Assembly (NCBI GenBank): GCA_965215505.1
Contig: OZ244065.1
Location: forward strand, 1,216,001 to 1,280,000
Reading direction: 5' to 3'
DNA length: 64,000 bases
Origin: Capsulimonadaceae bacterium
Lineage (GTDB): Bacteria > Armatimonadota > Armatimonadia > Armatimonadales > Capsulimonadaceae
Below the pieces are notes generated by a model, which was not told the DNA's origin, did not search any database, and saw nothing but the letters and a program-made list of their open reading frames with translations. The translations under genes were made by a program, and so were the position numbers. Below, in pieces: positions 27,524 to 37,107 of this stretch (within the stretch, counting starts at the first letter, position 1; the number at the start of each line of letters is the position of its first letter).

Positions 27524-28134
27524 CCCACCTGCCCCTTGTAGAGTCGGTGCCATTCGGCGGCGATGGCCGTCGCCCCGGCCAGGTTCGGCTCAATCTGCAT
27601 GACGATCCAGGGCTGGCGGGAGGCGACTCCGTGCCCGTGGAACAGGGTTTCCAGGTCCGCCAGCAGGAATCCGTGCCGACTGGCCAGGGCACGGATGCCG
27701 TCGTTGAGGGCATTGAAGGCGGTGCGCGCCTCGGCCGCCATGCCGAAGGAGGCGATGCGCGAATCGTCGCCGTCGGTCGGGTCGTAGACGGTGTTGACGA
27801 TGACCGGGCAGGCGAAGGCGGTCAAGCGGGCGGCGATCTCTTCCAAGTTTCCCAGCGGCTCGCCCGCGACCCGGCCCCAGCCGGCGATGGAGTTGAGGGC
27901 CTGGAATGCGCCTTGCAGGAAGTCGTTGCCGCCCGCCGTCAGCGTGACGACATTGGGCGTGGCCGTGATCTCGGGCCACGCCTCTAAGACGCCCGCCGTG
28001 GTGCGCCCGTCGCGGGTGAGGTCCTGGAAATGCGCTGCGCCGAGGAGCCGGGCGAACTGGCTGGCCGCGCCGCCGCTGCCGACTTCGGTATATTCGTCAA
28101 TGCTGATCGAGTCGCCCAGGGCGAGGTAGTTCAT
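27520..28134 (-). CDS. SGNH/GDSL hydrolase
   Basis: YLALGDSIS, GGNDF; IEPN in place of DxxHP. Confidence 0.82.
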   Translation of the reverse strand: MNYLALGDSISIDEYTEVGSGGAASQFARLLGAAHFQDLTRDGRTTAGVLEAWPEITATPNVVTLTAGGNDFLQGAFQALNSIAGWGRVAGEPLGNLEEIAARLTAFACPVIVNTVYDPTDGDDSRIASFGMAAEARTAFNALNDGIRALASRHGFLLADLETLFHGHGVASRQPWIVMQIEPNLAGATAIAAEWHRLYKGQVG

Positions 28135-28226
28135 GATCTCTCCCCGGCCATGAATGGCCGGTCTATTCTTGAATGAAAGTCGTTGCGCGACTGAGGAACG
28201 GACAAGCCAGGAAGGGACAGGGCAGG

Positions 28227-28251
28227 AGGGCGCGGCAAGCAGCGCCCCTAC
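28227..28251 (-). repeat. GTAG REP element
   Basis: Reverse complement GTAGGGGCGCTGCTTGCCGCGCCCT. Confidence 0.7.
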
Positions 28252-28252
28252 G

Positions 28253-28882
28253 TCAGCCCTTACCGCCAGCCCCCGTCAGGATGTTGAGGGCGGCGCGCAG
28301 GGCGGCCCCCATGTTCGTCTTGTCTTCGATCTGCTTTAAGGCCCCGTCGGCACCGCTGCGGGCCTGATTGCGGCTGTAGCCGAGGGTCATCAGGCCCTCC
28401 ACCACGTCGTCGTAGATGTCCTCGGCGGCGGGCTTCTGGATCTTGACCTGGATCTGGTCCACCTTGCGCTCGAAGGCGAGGGCGGCGAGTTTGTCTTTGA
28501 GTTCCAGCACGAGCCGCTGGGCGGTCTTCAGGCCCAGTCCGGGGATGCGGACGAGGCCGCGCGTGTCCTCGGCCCCGACGGTCCGTGCAAGCGCTTCGCC
28601 GTCCATGGCGGACAGGATGGACAGGGCCACTTTGGGGCCGATGCCGGTCACACTCAGCAGCAGCTCGAAGACCTTCTGGTCGTCGGGGCGCAGGAAGCCG
28701 AACAGGGAAATCTCCTCGGCCCGCATGTGGAAATGGATGTGCAAAAACGCCGGCTCGCCGAGGGCGGGCAGCGACCCGTGGATGCTGGCCGGGACGGAGA
28801 CTTTATAGCCGACGCCGCCGACATCCAGGATGACGGCCGTGGCCTCGGCGTGGACGAGGTTGCCGCGCAGGGAGGCGATCAT
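28253..28882 (-). CDS. ruvA: Holliday junction branch migration protein RuvA
   Basis: MIASLRG, VGGVGY, VTGIGPKVALSILS, IPGLGLKTAQRLVLELKDK. Confidence 0.95.
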   Translation of the reverse strand: MIASLRGNLVHAEATAVILDVGGVGYKVSVPASIHGSLPALGEPAFLHIHFHMRAEEISLFGFLRPDDQKVFELLLSVTGIGPKVALSILSAMDGEALARTVGAEDTRGLVRIPGLGLKTAQRLVLELKDKLAALAFERKVDQIQVKIQKPAAEDIYDDVVEGLMTLGYSRNQARSGADGALKQIEDKTNMGAALRAALNILTGAGGKG

Positions 28883-29355
28883 GGCGTGGCCCCGCTCGTC
28901 TGGGTGATCTTGCTCGGCCGGGTGATCTCGTGCCGCAGGGCGGACGCCAGCGTGTCCATCATGGCGTCGTCCACCGCCCGCGCTTCGGCGGGGTCGTAGT
29001 GGTCGCCGAAGCGCGAGTCGGCCCAGGATTGCCCGGCGAACTCGCGCGCCTCTTTGTACCGGGGGAAGATGTGGAAGTGGGCGTGGGGCGTCAGGTTCAT
29101 CAAAAACATGTAGTTGAAGTGATCGGGCGCGAACAGGGCCGTGAGCGCCTGTTTCGTCTCGCGCAGGGAGGCCCACAGCGCCGTCAGCTCGGCCTCGGTG
29201 AGCGCGGCGATGTCGGTCTCGTGGCGCTTCAAGGCGAAGAAGACGCGGCCCAGGGTGGCCTGGTTCTCGTTGAGGACGAGGGTCCAGTGGTCGTTGGCGA
29301 GGACGACGCCGCGCGAGGGCGAGCAGAGGGGGCAGTCGGGGTCAAGGTCGGGCAT
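28879..29355 (-). CDS. HIT-family protein
   Basis: CPLC and PHAHFHIFPRY histidine triad. Confidence 0.9.
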   Translation of the reverse strand: MPDLDPDCPLCSPSRGVVLANDHWTLVLNENQATLGRVFFALKRHETDIAALTEAELTALWASLRETKQALTALFAPDHFNYMFLMNLTPHAHFHIFPRYKEAREFAGQSWADSRFGDHYDPAEARAVDDAMMDTLASALRHEITRPSKITQTSGATP

Positions 29356-29390
29356 GGGGTGATTATACCTGACAGGGGAGGGAATGCGTG

Positions 29391-29549
29391 AAGGGCACGG
29401 GGCTGAACCCCCGTGCTGTAATAGTGCAAGCCCCCGAGGGTAAGGGCGAAGATTCAGGACCGTGTAGGGGCGGGGTCCCCCGCCCTCTTCTGCCCGCGAA
29501 GGCGGGGATTTGCTCTATCGAGGCGCGGGGGTTCAGCCTTGTGGCTCTT
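29391..29549. mobile_element. MITE-like inverted-repeat element with internal GTAG REP
   Basis: About 60-bp imperfect inverted arms (GGCTGAACCCC / GGGGTTCAGCC) around GTAGGGGCGGGG..CCCGCCCT. Confidence 0.55.
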
Positions 29550-29732
29550 CCTCCCACGGCGGCCAGTCTCCCGATCAACGTGACGGAAGGCGTGCATGGT
29601 TTCGCGCAGGTCGGCCACGAAATCGGGGTCGGCCATCGCCTCGGCGGCAAGATCACGCATCCGGGCGCGACGCGCTTTCCGTTCCGGAGGCCACGCGGCC
29701 TCGGCGTCAGGTTCTTCGGGCATGTCCGGCAT
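29454..29732 (-). CDS. Hypothetical small protein
   Basis: Helical core AMADPDFVADLRETMHAFRHVD; GGAGGCG-like RBS (AGAGGCG); 3' end runs into the repeat element. Confidence 0.5.
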   Translation of the reverse strand: MPDMPEEPDAEAAWPPERKARRARMRDLAAEAMADPDFVADLRETMHAFRHVDRETGRRGRKSHKAEPPRLDRANPRLRGQKRAGDPAPTRS

Positions 29733-29740
29733 GGTCGCCT

Positions 29741-30031
29741 CTACAGCCAGTACGACGTGACGGATAATATCTCCTCCGAATGGAGGCACTGGCGGAGGGT
29801 GGCGGCGTCGGGGTTGGTCAGGTAGACGCTGCCCTGGTCGTCGGCGCGCAGGACCTCGACGAGCGGGAGGGTGACGGACCCGCCGAGTTCGGACTGGAGG
29901 CGGCGGGCGGCGCGCTCGTCCTTGCGCGGGTCGGTGAGGTCGTACTCGACGTACATGACGCTCATCTCGCGCTTCAGCCGGCGGACGTCGGGCTGGGCGG
30001 GGTTGCCATAGATGGTGATGCGGCTTGCCAT
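29741..30031 (-). CDS. Glutaredoxin/NrdH-like protein lacking CxxC
   Basis: ITIYG...PDVRRLK, VEYD, GSVTLPLV, LTNPD. Confidence 0.65.
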   Translation of the reverse strand: MASRITIYGNPAQPDVRRLKREMSVMYVEYDLTDPRKDERAARRLQSELGGSVTLPLVEVLRADDQGSVYLTNPDAATLRQCLHSEEILSVTSYWL

Positions 30032-30059
30032 GGGTGGGGTGCTTTCTTGGGTGTGGCGG

Positions 30060-31502
30060 TCAATCGTCGCCCATCTCGCGGGAGATGCAGGGGGACAGGG
30101 GGGCGTTGCTGCTGGACAGGGCGGCGGCCTCGACGGCTTCGGGCAGGGTCGGGTAGGCGTGCATGGTCAGGGCGATCTCCGAGACGGGCAGGCGGGCGCG
30201 CATGGCGAGGCAGATCTCGTTGATGAGCGCGCCGGCCGCCGCGCCGACGATCTGGCCGCCGAGGATGGTGCCGCCCGCCTGGAGCGAGACGATCTGGACG
30301 AAGCCCGATGTCTCGCCGGTGATGATCGCCTTGTCGAGCTGGTCGAACGGGAAGCGGGCGATGTCCAAAGCTTCCTCGTGGTGGGTCATACGGGCCAGGG
30401 CGGGGGTCAGCCCGACGCTCGCCACTTCGGGGTCGGTGTAGGTGACGCGCGGGATGACGCGGTAGTCGGCGGGGCAGCACAGGTCCTCACCGCGCCACGC
30501 GGACACGGCGTTCATGGCGGCGACGGCCCCCTCGTAGGAGGCGACGTGGGTGAACTTGTATTCCGAGGAGACGTCGCCCGCCGCCCAGACGTGCGGGACG
30601 TTGGTCTGGAGGTGGGCGTTCGTCTTCAGCCGCCCGCCGTCCTCGCAGTGGACGCCTGCGGCCTCCAGGTTCAGCCCGGCGACGTTGCTTTTGCGGCCTG
30701 CCGCGACCAGGATAGCGTCACAACGAATCTCCTCGCCGCCGCGCATCGTGAAGACCCGCTCGCCGCCGTGCCGCGTGATCTTCTCCACCTGCGCGTGCGT
30801 CACGATGCGGACGCCCTCCGCCGTCAGCTTGTCCTGGAGGACGAGGGCGGCGTCGGCGTCGTCGCGGGCCAGGATGCGCGCGCCGTTGTGCAGGATGGTG
30901 ACGGCCGCCCCGAAGCGGCGGAAGACCTGGCCCAGCTCGCAGCCGATGGCCCCACCGCCGAGGATGACGACGCGGGGCGGCAGGGTGGTCCAGTCGAAGA
31001 CGGTCCGGTTGGTGTCGTAGCCCGCGTCTTCCAAACCGGGGATGGGCGGGACGGCGGGCAGAGACCCGGTACAGAGGATGAACTGCTTCGCCCGGTACTG
31101 TGCGCCCGTCTTGCCGGCCTCGACCGTGTGCGGGTCCAGGAACCTGGCCCGCTCGCAGACCGTCGTGATGCCCTGGCGGCTGAAGCTGTCAATCGCGCTG
31201 CCGCCGCCGACCTCCTCGATGGTCTGCCGCGCATGGCGCATGACCGCGCCGAAGTCGGGCTTCCCGCCCGGATGCGCCGGCAGGCCGAACTCGGACGCCC
31301 TGCCCATGCGGTCCCACAGGGTCGCCGAGTGGATCAGGGCCTTGGAAGGCACACAGCCGGTGTACAGGCACTCGCCGCCGATCAGGGCCTCTTCAAAGAG
31401 GACGACGCGCGCCCCCCTCTTTGCCGCCGTCCGCGCCGCCTTCGGACCCGCCGATCCCGCGCCGAGTACGGCGACATCAAACTCCTGTATGGCCTCTTGC
31501 AT
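30060..31502 (-). CDS. Class I pyridine nucleotide-disulfide oxidoreductase (Lpd/MerA-like)
   Basis: GAGSAG, GGECLYTGCVPSK, GGGAIG, HAYPTLPE. Confidence 0.93.
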   Translation of the reverse strand: MQEAIQEFDVAVLGAGSAGPKAARTAAKRGARVVLFEEALIGGECLYTGCVPSKALIHSATLWDRMGRASEFGLPAHPGGKPDFGAVMRHARQTIEEVGGGSAIDSFSRQGITTVCERARFLDPHTVEAGKTGAQYRAKQFILCTGSLPAVPPIPGLEDAGYDTNRTVFDWTTLPPRVVILGGGAIGCELGQVFRRFGAAVTILHNGARILARDDADAALVLQDKLTAEGVRIVTHAQVEKITRHGGERVFTMRGGEEIRCDAILVAAGRKSNVAGLNLEAAGVHCEDGGRLKTNAHLQTNVPHVWAAGDVSSEYKFTHVASYEGAVAAMNAVSAWRGEDLCCPADYRVIPRVTYTDPEVASVGLTPALARMTHHEEALDIARFPFDQLDKAIITGETSGFVQIVSLQAGGTILGGQIVGAAAGALINEICLAMRARLPVSEIALTMHAYPTLPEAVEAAALSSSNAPLSPCISREMGDD

Positions 31503-31602
31503 GGCAGGCATTATACCTGATGAGCGCCCCGCTCCACACCCCTGCGTCGTATTCTCACGGCGGCAGCCACGGTGCTGGGGAAGGGCAACCGCTGGGAGGG
31601 GA

Positions 31603-31670
31603 AGGGCAACCACGGGGGGTTGCCCCTACCGGGACCGGATTGCGTAGGGGCAGGCCCCCGTGCCTGCCCT
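31603..31670. repeat. Inverted pair of GTAG REP elements
   Basis: AGGGCAACC..GGTTGCCCCTAC ... GTAGGGGCAGGCCCCCGTGCCTGCCCT. Confidence 0.8.
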
Positions 31671-31846
31671 TCCCTCAAAATCCTATCCCACGATGGGCGC
31701 ATTTGAAATACTTCAGATTTTCCTAAAATACCTATTGACACAAAGTATGGATATGTGTTACAGTTGTTGTCATAGGTGTCCAATCACGGGCACGGGTGAA
31801 CGCCATCAATCATTCCGATGAGTCACGCCGAAAGAAGGAGACAATA

Positions 31847-32638
31847 ATGAAGAAGCCCAAAGGCTTTACGCTGATCGAACTGCTCGTCGTCATCGCCATT
31901 ATCGCGATTCTAGCAGCCATCCTTTTCCCCGTTTTCCAAAAGGTCCGCGAGAACGCCCGGCGGGCCTCCTGCGCCAGCAACCTGAAGCAGATCAGCATCG
32001 CCGTCACGCAGTACATCCAGGATGCCGACGAACGGCTCCCGTTCGGCGAGAACTGGCGGCCGTCAGTTGACCAGTGCGGCCTCAAGTACCAGGTGAATCC
32101 GTTCCTCAAGGCCAACGCGGTCTGGCTCTGCCCGAGCGACGGCACCTGGGCGAAGAACAACCCCGATGTCGGTCGCTCCTGTGACACCAACCCTCAGCCC
32201 TGTTCAAGTTTCCCCGCTGGCAACAGCTACGGGTCGGAGATCGACTTCTGGTACGACAGCCACATCTGGACCCTGGCCGCGTTCGCGGACACCCAGCAGG
32301 TTAACAATCACAACGGCTCGCTTTCCTACAGGACGGGCGTTGACCCCAACGGGGCCTGCACGGGTGGTGCCAGTGGGTCAGAGTTCCGCGATGGAACCAA
32401 CACCCTTGAATCGGGCCAGACCCGGAGCGGCGTCTCCCTGTCCCAGATCCAGAACCCGACCACCAAGGGCCTGGTCTTCGACGAGCAGGGCTGGCACGAG
32501 GGCGACCCGAACACCAACAGCGCGGTCAACGGCGGCCGACGCAACATGGCGTTCTGCGACTCCCACGTCAAGTATGTGCGGTTCGCGGACATGATCTCGG
32601 ACCCGGACGGCGGGCTGAACGAAGTCATGCACCAGTAG
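31847..32638 (+). CDS. DUF1559 prepilin-type N-methylation protein
   Basis: [42 protein letters not shown]-terminal [19 protein letters not shown]. Confidence 0.93.
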   Translation: MKKPKGFTLIELLVVIAIIAILAAILFPVFQKVRENARRASCASNLKQISIAVTQYIQDADERLPFGENWRPSVDQCGLKYQVNPFLKANAVWLCPSDGTWAKNNPDVGRSCDTNPQPCSSFPAGNSYGSEIDFWYDSHIWTLAAFADTQQVNNHNGSLSYRTGVDPNGACTGGASGSEFRDGTNTLESGQTRSGVSLSQIQNPTTKGLVFDEQGWHEGDPNTNSAVNGGRRNMAFCDSHVKYVRFADMISDPDGGLNEVMHQ

Positions 32639-32906
32639 AGCTGATTCCTGGTCTTTCATACTACCTCCTACCTTGCCGCAGTTTGATGAAGCGTGATTAA
32701 GAACGCTAGTCATCAGATTGCGGCAAGCCGGCACAAAGGCATTGGCGGATGGGGTGGCATGGGCTGCCCTTTTTCGTTTTCTTGTCCCCTGAACGCGACT
32801 TAGAAGACGAGCCATAAAAACACCCGGCCACAAACTATGAGATTGTAGCCGGGGTAGTCGGTGCAGAGCGTTAGAGGATGCTTTGCAGTTCATCGCCTCC
32901 AGCGGA

Positions 32907-33452
32907 TCAGGCTCCTGTGTTGTATTTCAGGTTGTAGATCCTAGGGATCTGACCGCCGAGGAAGTATTCGATGTAGCGCCATGACCCAACGGGGCCGCCG
33001 TTGGTCGCTGAGTCGCTACAAAAGTAAGTGTATGGACTGCCGTTGTCGTGCGAGCCGTTAAAGGCTGTCCAATGGACCAGGTCGTTCGAGACAGCGATGA
33101 ATGGGTAGCCAGGGTTACCTGACAGGTTGAAACTCGCGTCACTGATCGTCATGGACTCGCCGAGATCGCACATTACATAGACGCCCGGTTGCTGGCCTGA
33201 GCCGCTATAACCGGCGTCAGCCGTCGTCGTTACGGCGTTGGGTGGAGGAGCCATGGCGCCCCCTTCGGCCCACCCGATGGTCCAGGCGACGAACGTAGGC
33301 ACTGGCTGGTCTGGTTGGGGGTTGATGATGATCCCGGACTGTGCCTGGACCACTGGAGTGTTGGCGAGGAAAGCAAAACCGAGCAGAAGCCCCAGAACCA
33401 AGAGCCGAACGGAATGAGATATTGTGCGAGGTGAGACGAAACGAGAGGTCAT
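32907..33452 (-). CDS. Secreted hypothetical protein (discoidin/F5-8-like fold possible)
   Basis: Signal peptide ending VQA; DLG..., IAVSND...W, WRYI pattern; GGAG RBS. Confidence 0.65.
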   Translation of the reverse strand: MTSRFVSPRTISHSVRLLVLGLLLGFAFLANTPVVQAQSGIIINPQPDQPVPTFVAWTIGWAEGGAMAPPPNAVTTTADAGYSGSGQQPGVYVMCDLGESMTISDASFNLSGNPGYPFIAVSNDLVHWTAFNGSHDNGSPYTYFCSDSATNGGPVGSWRYIEYFLGGQIPRIYNLKYNTGA

Positions 33453-33624
33453 TTGTTTTCTCCCCTAAAAGTGCCTCAGAGGCATTGAACGCTTCGACAG
33501 TGTTTCAATTTCCTTTCCTATGGAAGTCACTTGGCGGAAAGCGAAAAATTGTAATCCGCCTCGCTTGTGTTAGACGATACCCAGCTAGACAATCTCTCAA
33601 TCACATCAATTAGATTACCTGTGT

Positions 33625-34851
33625 ATGTCCCCCTTGACGCCACCTCACCTGAACAACACGACGCCCATTGCGCCCCGCCGCATCGCCAAGCGGGACCGGC
33701 TATTGATCGCGTTCAGCGCGCTGGCCCTGGTCGTTGCGTGCGTCTACATCGGGTGGTCCTGGAAGGCTTGGACTCAGCCGGGGATGCGCTACTACGAGCA
33801 GGGCATGGACTATGCCGCCGCCAAGCATTACGACCTGGCGGAGCAGGCCTGGATCACCGGGACTCAGAAGGACCCGCGCGCCTGGCAGTGCTACGCCCAG
33901 CTCGGGGCGCTGTACGACCAGGCGAAGCACCCGGCGCAGGCGGCCTACGCCTATGACGCCGCCACCAAGATCGTGCCGGACAGCGGCGACCTGTTCCTCA
34001 GCCTGGAACGCGCGCAGACGGCGGCGGGCAATCTGGACGCCGCCTATGCGGCGGCGAAGCGGGCGACGGCGTTGCTGCCCAATTCGGCGGCGGCGGCGGG
34101 CGACTACGGCCTTCTGGCTTCCGGCAAGCACCGCGACATGGACGCCATTGCCTCCCTGCATCACGCCCTCTCCCTCGACCCCGGCTCGGCCAAGTACCTC
34201 ATCGCGCTGGTCGCATTGGAGATCAGCAACCTGGACCTGACCCGCGCCGAGAGCGACCTGGCCCCCTACCTGAAGGCGCACCCGGAGGACTACCAGGGCC
34301 ACTACTACATGGCGGTCATCCTGAACCAGAAGCCGCGCACGCCCGACAACGTCCGCCGGGGCATCGAGCAGGCGGAACTCGCCCTGCCCCACATGATCCA
34401 CGACCCGCACGGCTATAACCTGATCGGCCTTCTTTTTCTGGCGGCCGGGCGGACGGAGGCGGCGTACCGCGCCTTCCTGGAAGGCTACAAGATCGACCCG
34501 CATTCGCAGGCGATGCTGCACGGCCTTCTGGACTGCGACATCCGGCGCGGGGACACGAAGGAGGCCGCGCTGATCGGCACGCGGCTGGAGATGGAGGCGA
34601 CGCGGGCCAACCAGATAGACCACCTGAAGCACGTCCTCGGCTACAACCACAAGGACACGGCTTCCATGCTGGAACTGGCCCGGCTGTACGAGCAGACCGG
34701 GCGGCGGCAGGAGGCATTCGGCCTGTTCGTCCAGTCGCTGCACGAGACGCCGAACGACGCGCGGATACGCCCGGCATTTTCGGCGTTCCTGCTCCGCTCG
34801 AAGCAGCCTGCCATGGCGAAGCAGATCCTGCGCCCGGACTTCATGCCGTGA
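33625..34851 (+). CDS. Membrane-anchored TPR protein
   Basis: N-terminal TM then tandem TPR helices. Confidence 0.88.
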   Translation: MSPLTPPHLNNTTPIAPRRIAKRDRLLIAFSALALVVACVYIGWSWKAWTQPGMRYYEQGMDYAAAKHYDLAEQAWITGTQKDPRAWQCYAQLGALYDQAKHPAQAAYAYDAATKIVPDSGDLFLSLERAQTAAGNLDAAYAAAKRATALLPNSAAAAGDYGLLASGKHRDMDAIASLHHALSLDPGSAKYLIALVALEISNLDLTRAESDLAPYLKAHPEDYQGHYYMAVILNQKPRTPDNVRRGIEQAELALPHMIHDPHGYNLIGLLFLAAGRTEAAYRAFLEGYKIDPHSQAMLHGLLDCDIRRGDTKEAALIGTRLEMEATRANQIDHLKHVLGYNHKDTASMLELARLYEQTGRRQEAFGLFVQSLHETPNDARIRPAFSAFLLRSKQPAMAKQILRPDFMP

Positions 34852-34868
34852 GCGGGGGGCGCAGGGCT

Positions 34869-34907
34869 GGGGCGACGCGCCGGGGCCGGGCGACGCGCCG
34901 GGGCCGG
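34869..34907. repeat. 18-bp tandem repeat, 2 copies
   Basis: GGGCGACGCGCCGGGGCC twice. Confidence 0.7.
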
Positions 34908-35072
34908 ACAGGCTAGAACGAGTGATTGAAATCACTCGCTGACATGGGACCTGTCCAGGGGACAGAAGAAAGAGACAGAAGAAAACAGCCGCGCTCTTTT
35001 TTCAACTTGTCCCTTGGACAAATCCTACCGGAGCGAGTGATTTTAATCACTCGTCCCAGCCTGTCCCGGCCC
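34901..35072. mobile_element. MITE-like element with about 75-bp imperfect inverted arms
   Basis: Each arm holds CGAGTGATT-n-AATCACTCG and TGTCC-nnn-GGACA palindromes in mirror order. Confidence 0.6.
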
Positions 35073-35225
35073 GCTCTGGTCCGCTCGCCCGGCCCGCTCA
35101 CCCGCTCTAAAACCCGTGACAGCCGCTGCGTATTATCGGCCTGTAACGAGGGAGCCGGGCGATCTCTAAGGCCGGTCTACGGCTCTCATGCACACTCTCA
35201 GGACTCCCGAAACGATGCCCGCTCC

Positions 35226-37055
35226 ATGTTGACAAGACGACACTTCCTTTACGCCCTGACGGGCGGCCTGGTCACCCTCGCGGGCTGCAAAAGCAAGACC
35301 CCCGACCCCGCGCAGACACCGTCCCTCATCTCGATCGGGACCGTCATTGACCCGGCGGTTGCGGCGGCCAGCCGGCAGATCACCCGCCTGCCGGTCCGGT
35401 TCGCGGATGTGTCCCAGTCGGCCGGGCTGCGCTGGACCTACCAGAACGGCGCGACCGGCCACGCCCTGCTGCCGGAGGACACGGCGGGGGGGGTGGCCTT
35501 CCTGGATTACAACAACGACGGCCTGCTGGACATCTTCGCCCCGCAGGCGGGACCCGTGCCCGGCGCGGCCGATGCGGAAAAGAACTTTTCCAAGCAGAAC
35601 GTGTTGTACCGCAACAACGGGGACGGCACATTCACGGACGTGACGGTCGGGTCGGGGCTGGAAACGATCCCCGGCTATGGACAGGGCGTGTCGGTCGCCG
35701 ACTACGACAACGACGGCTGGCCGGACATCTATGTGACGGCCATCGGCGGCAACCACCTGTTCCATAACAACCGCAACGGCACGTTCACGGATGTGACGGA
35801 GAAGGCGGGCGTCGCCGACAAGGACTGGCTGGGGCATCCGGACGAGGCCCCCTGGCCGCTGAGTTCCGCCTGGGGCGACTACGACAACGACGGACGGCTG
35901 GACCTGTTCGTCTGCCACTACTGCCGCTGGACTCGGGCGCTGAACCACGACTGCAAGGACGCTGCGGGCCACTTGAGCTACTGCCGCCCGCAGGTGTACG
36001 AGCCGAGCCACTGCCGGCTCTACCACAACAACGGCGACGGCACGTTCACCGACGTCAGCCGGCGGATGGGCCTGGACAAGCTGGACGGCAAGAGCATGTC
36101 GGCGGCCTGGATAGATTACGACGACGACGGCTGGATGGACCTGTTCGTCACCAACGACACCATGCCCAACTTCCTGCTCCACAACAACCGGGACGGGACG
36201 TTCACCAACAAAGCCACCGTGGCGGGGGTCGCCTTCAGCGAGCAGGGCATCGCCGTTTCGGGCATGGGGATCGGGATCGCGGACTACCTCAATGAAGGCC
36301 GCGCCGACCTGTTCGCCGTCAACTTCTCCGGCGAGGCCAAGTCCATCTTCCACAACATCGGCCACGGGGTCTTTGAGAGCGCGTCCGGCTCGTCCGGGCT
36401 GGCCGCCACGAATTTGCAGTTCCTCGGCTTCGGGCTGGAGTGCTTCGACTACGACCTCGACGGCTGGCAGGATTTCGTCGTGGGCAACGGGCACGTCCTG
36501 GGGGAAGAAGACGCCCACAACGACGCCTCCTCGTTCGCCCAGAGCCAGCAGTTGTTCCACAATGGGCACGACGGCACCTTCGCCGAAGACCTGCACTCCC
36601 TGGGCGACCTGGCCCGCCCCCGCGTCACGCGCGGCCTGGCCGTCGGCGACTTCGACAACGACGGCGACCAGGACGTGCTGATGGTCTCGCAGACCGGCCC
36701 CTTGCAGCTCTTCCGCAACGACGGCGGCAACCAGAACCGCTGGGTCACCCTGCGCCTCGAAGGCGTTTCCAGCAACCGCGATGCCGTCGGAGCCAAAGTC
36801 ACCCTCCACACGCCGCAGGGGCGGCAGACGCAGTGGGTGCGCGGTGGGTCGAGCTTCGCCTCCCACAGCGACACGCGGCTGACGTTCGGGCTGGGGGAGG
36901 CGGGGCAGGTACTATCGGGGGAAGTGGTATGGCCGGGCGGCGCAGGTGGGCCGCACGCGCAGAAGTTCGGGCCGCTGGCGGCGGGTGCCTTCTACTGGCT
37001 GCGTCAGGGGCAGGCACCCCTCCCCGACCCGCGCGTCCAGCCAAAGAAGGCCTAA
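35226..37055 (+). CDS. CRTAC1/ASPIC-UnbV family FG-GAP repeat protein, Tat lipoprotein
   Basis: TRRHFL and LAGC lipobox; DYDNDGxxD repeats; LYRNNGDGTFTDVT; NRDAVGAKV...LTFGLG UnbV domain. Confidence 0.92.
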   Translation: MLTRRHFLYALTGGLVTLAGCKSKTPDPAQTPSLISIGTVIDPAVAAASRQITRLPVRFADVSQSAGLRWTYQNGATGHALLPEDTAGGVAFLDYNNDGLLDIFAPQAGPVPGAADAEKNFSKQNVLYRNNGDGTFTDVTVGSGLETIPGYGQGVSVADYDNDGWPDIYVTAIGGNHLFHNNRNGTFTDVTEKAGVADKDWLGHPDEAPWPLSSAWGDYDNDGRLDLFVCHYCRWTRALNHDCKDAAGHLSYCRPQVYEPSHCRLYHNNGDGTFTDVSRRMGLDKLDGKSMSAAWIDYDDDGWMDLFVTNDTMPNFLLHNNRDGTFTNKATVAGVAFSEQGIAVSGMGIGIADYLNEGRADLFAVNFSGEAKSIFHNIGHGVFESASGSSGLAATNLQFLGFGLECFDYDLDGWQDFVVGNGHVLGEEDAHNDASSFAQSQQLFHNGHDGTFAEDLHSLGDLARPRVTRGLAVGDFDNDGDQDVLMVSQTGPLQLFRNDGGNQNRWVTLRLEGVSSNRDAVGAKVTLHTPQGRQTQWVRGGSSFASHSDTRLTFGLGEAGQVLSGEVVWPGGAGGPHAQKFGPLAAGAFYWLRQGQAPLPDPRVQPKKA

Positions 37056-37107
37056 CGGAGCGCCACCGGAACGATTCCCCTACCCCATCGGGTATATTTT
37101 CACTGCC

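Noticed and set aside
30060-31502. merA call
   Set aside because: No C-terminal Cys-Cys pair and no mer genes nearby
34926-35225. Long N-terminal extensions in the ORF track (also for gltA, ruvA, alr, TPR 41216 and the ATPase)
   Set aside because: Downstream starts match family N-termini, signal peptides, RBS or -10 positions
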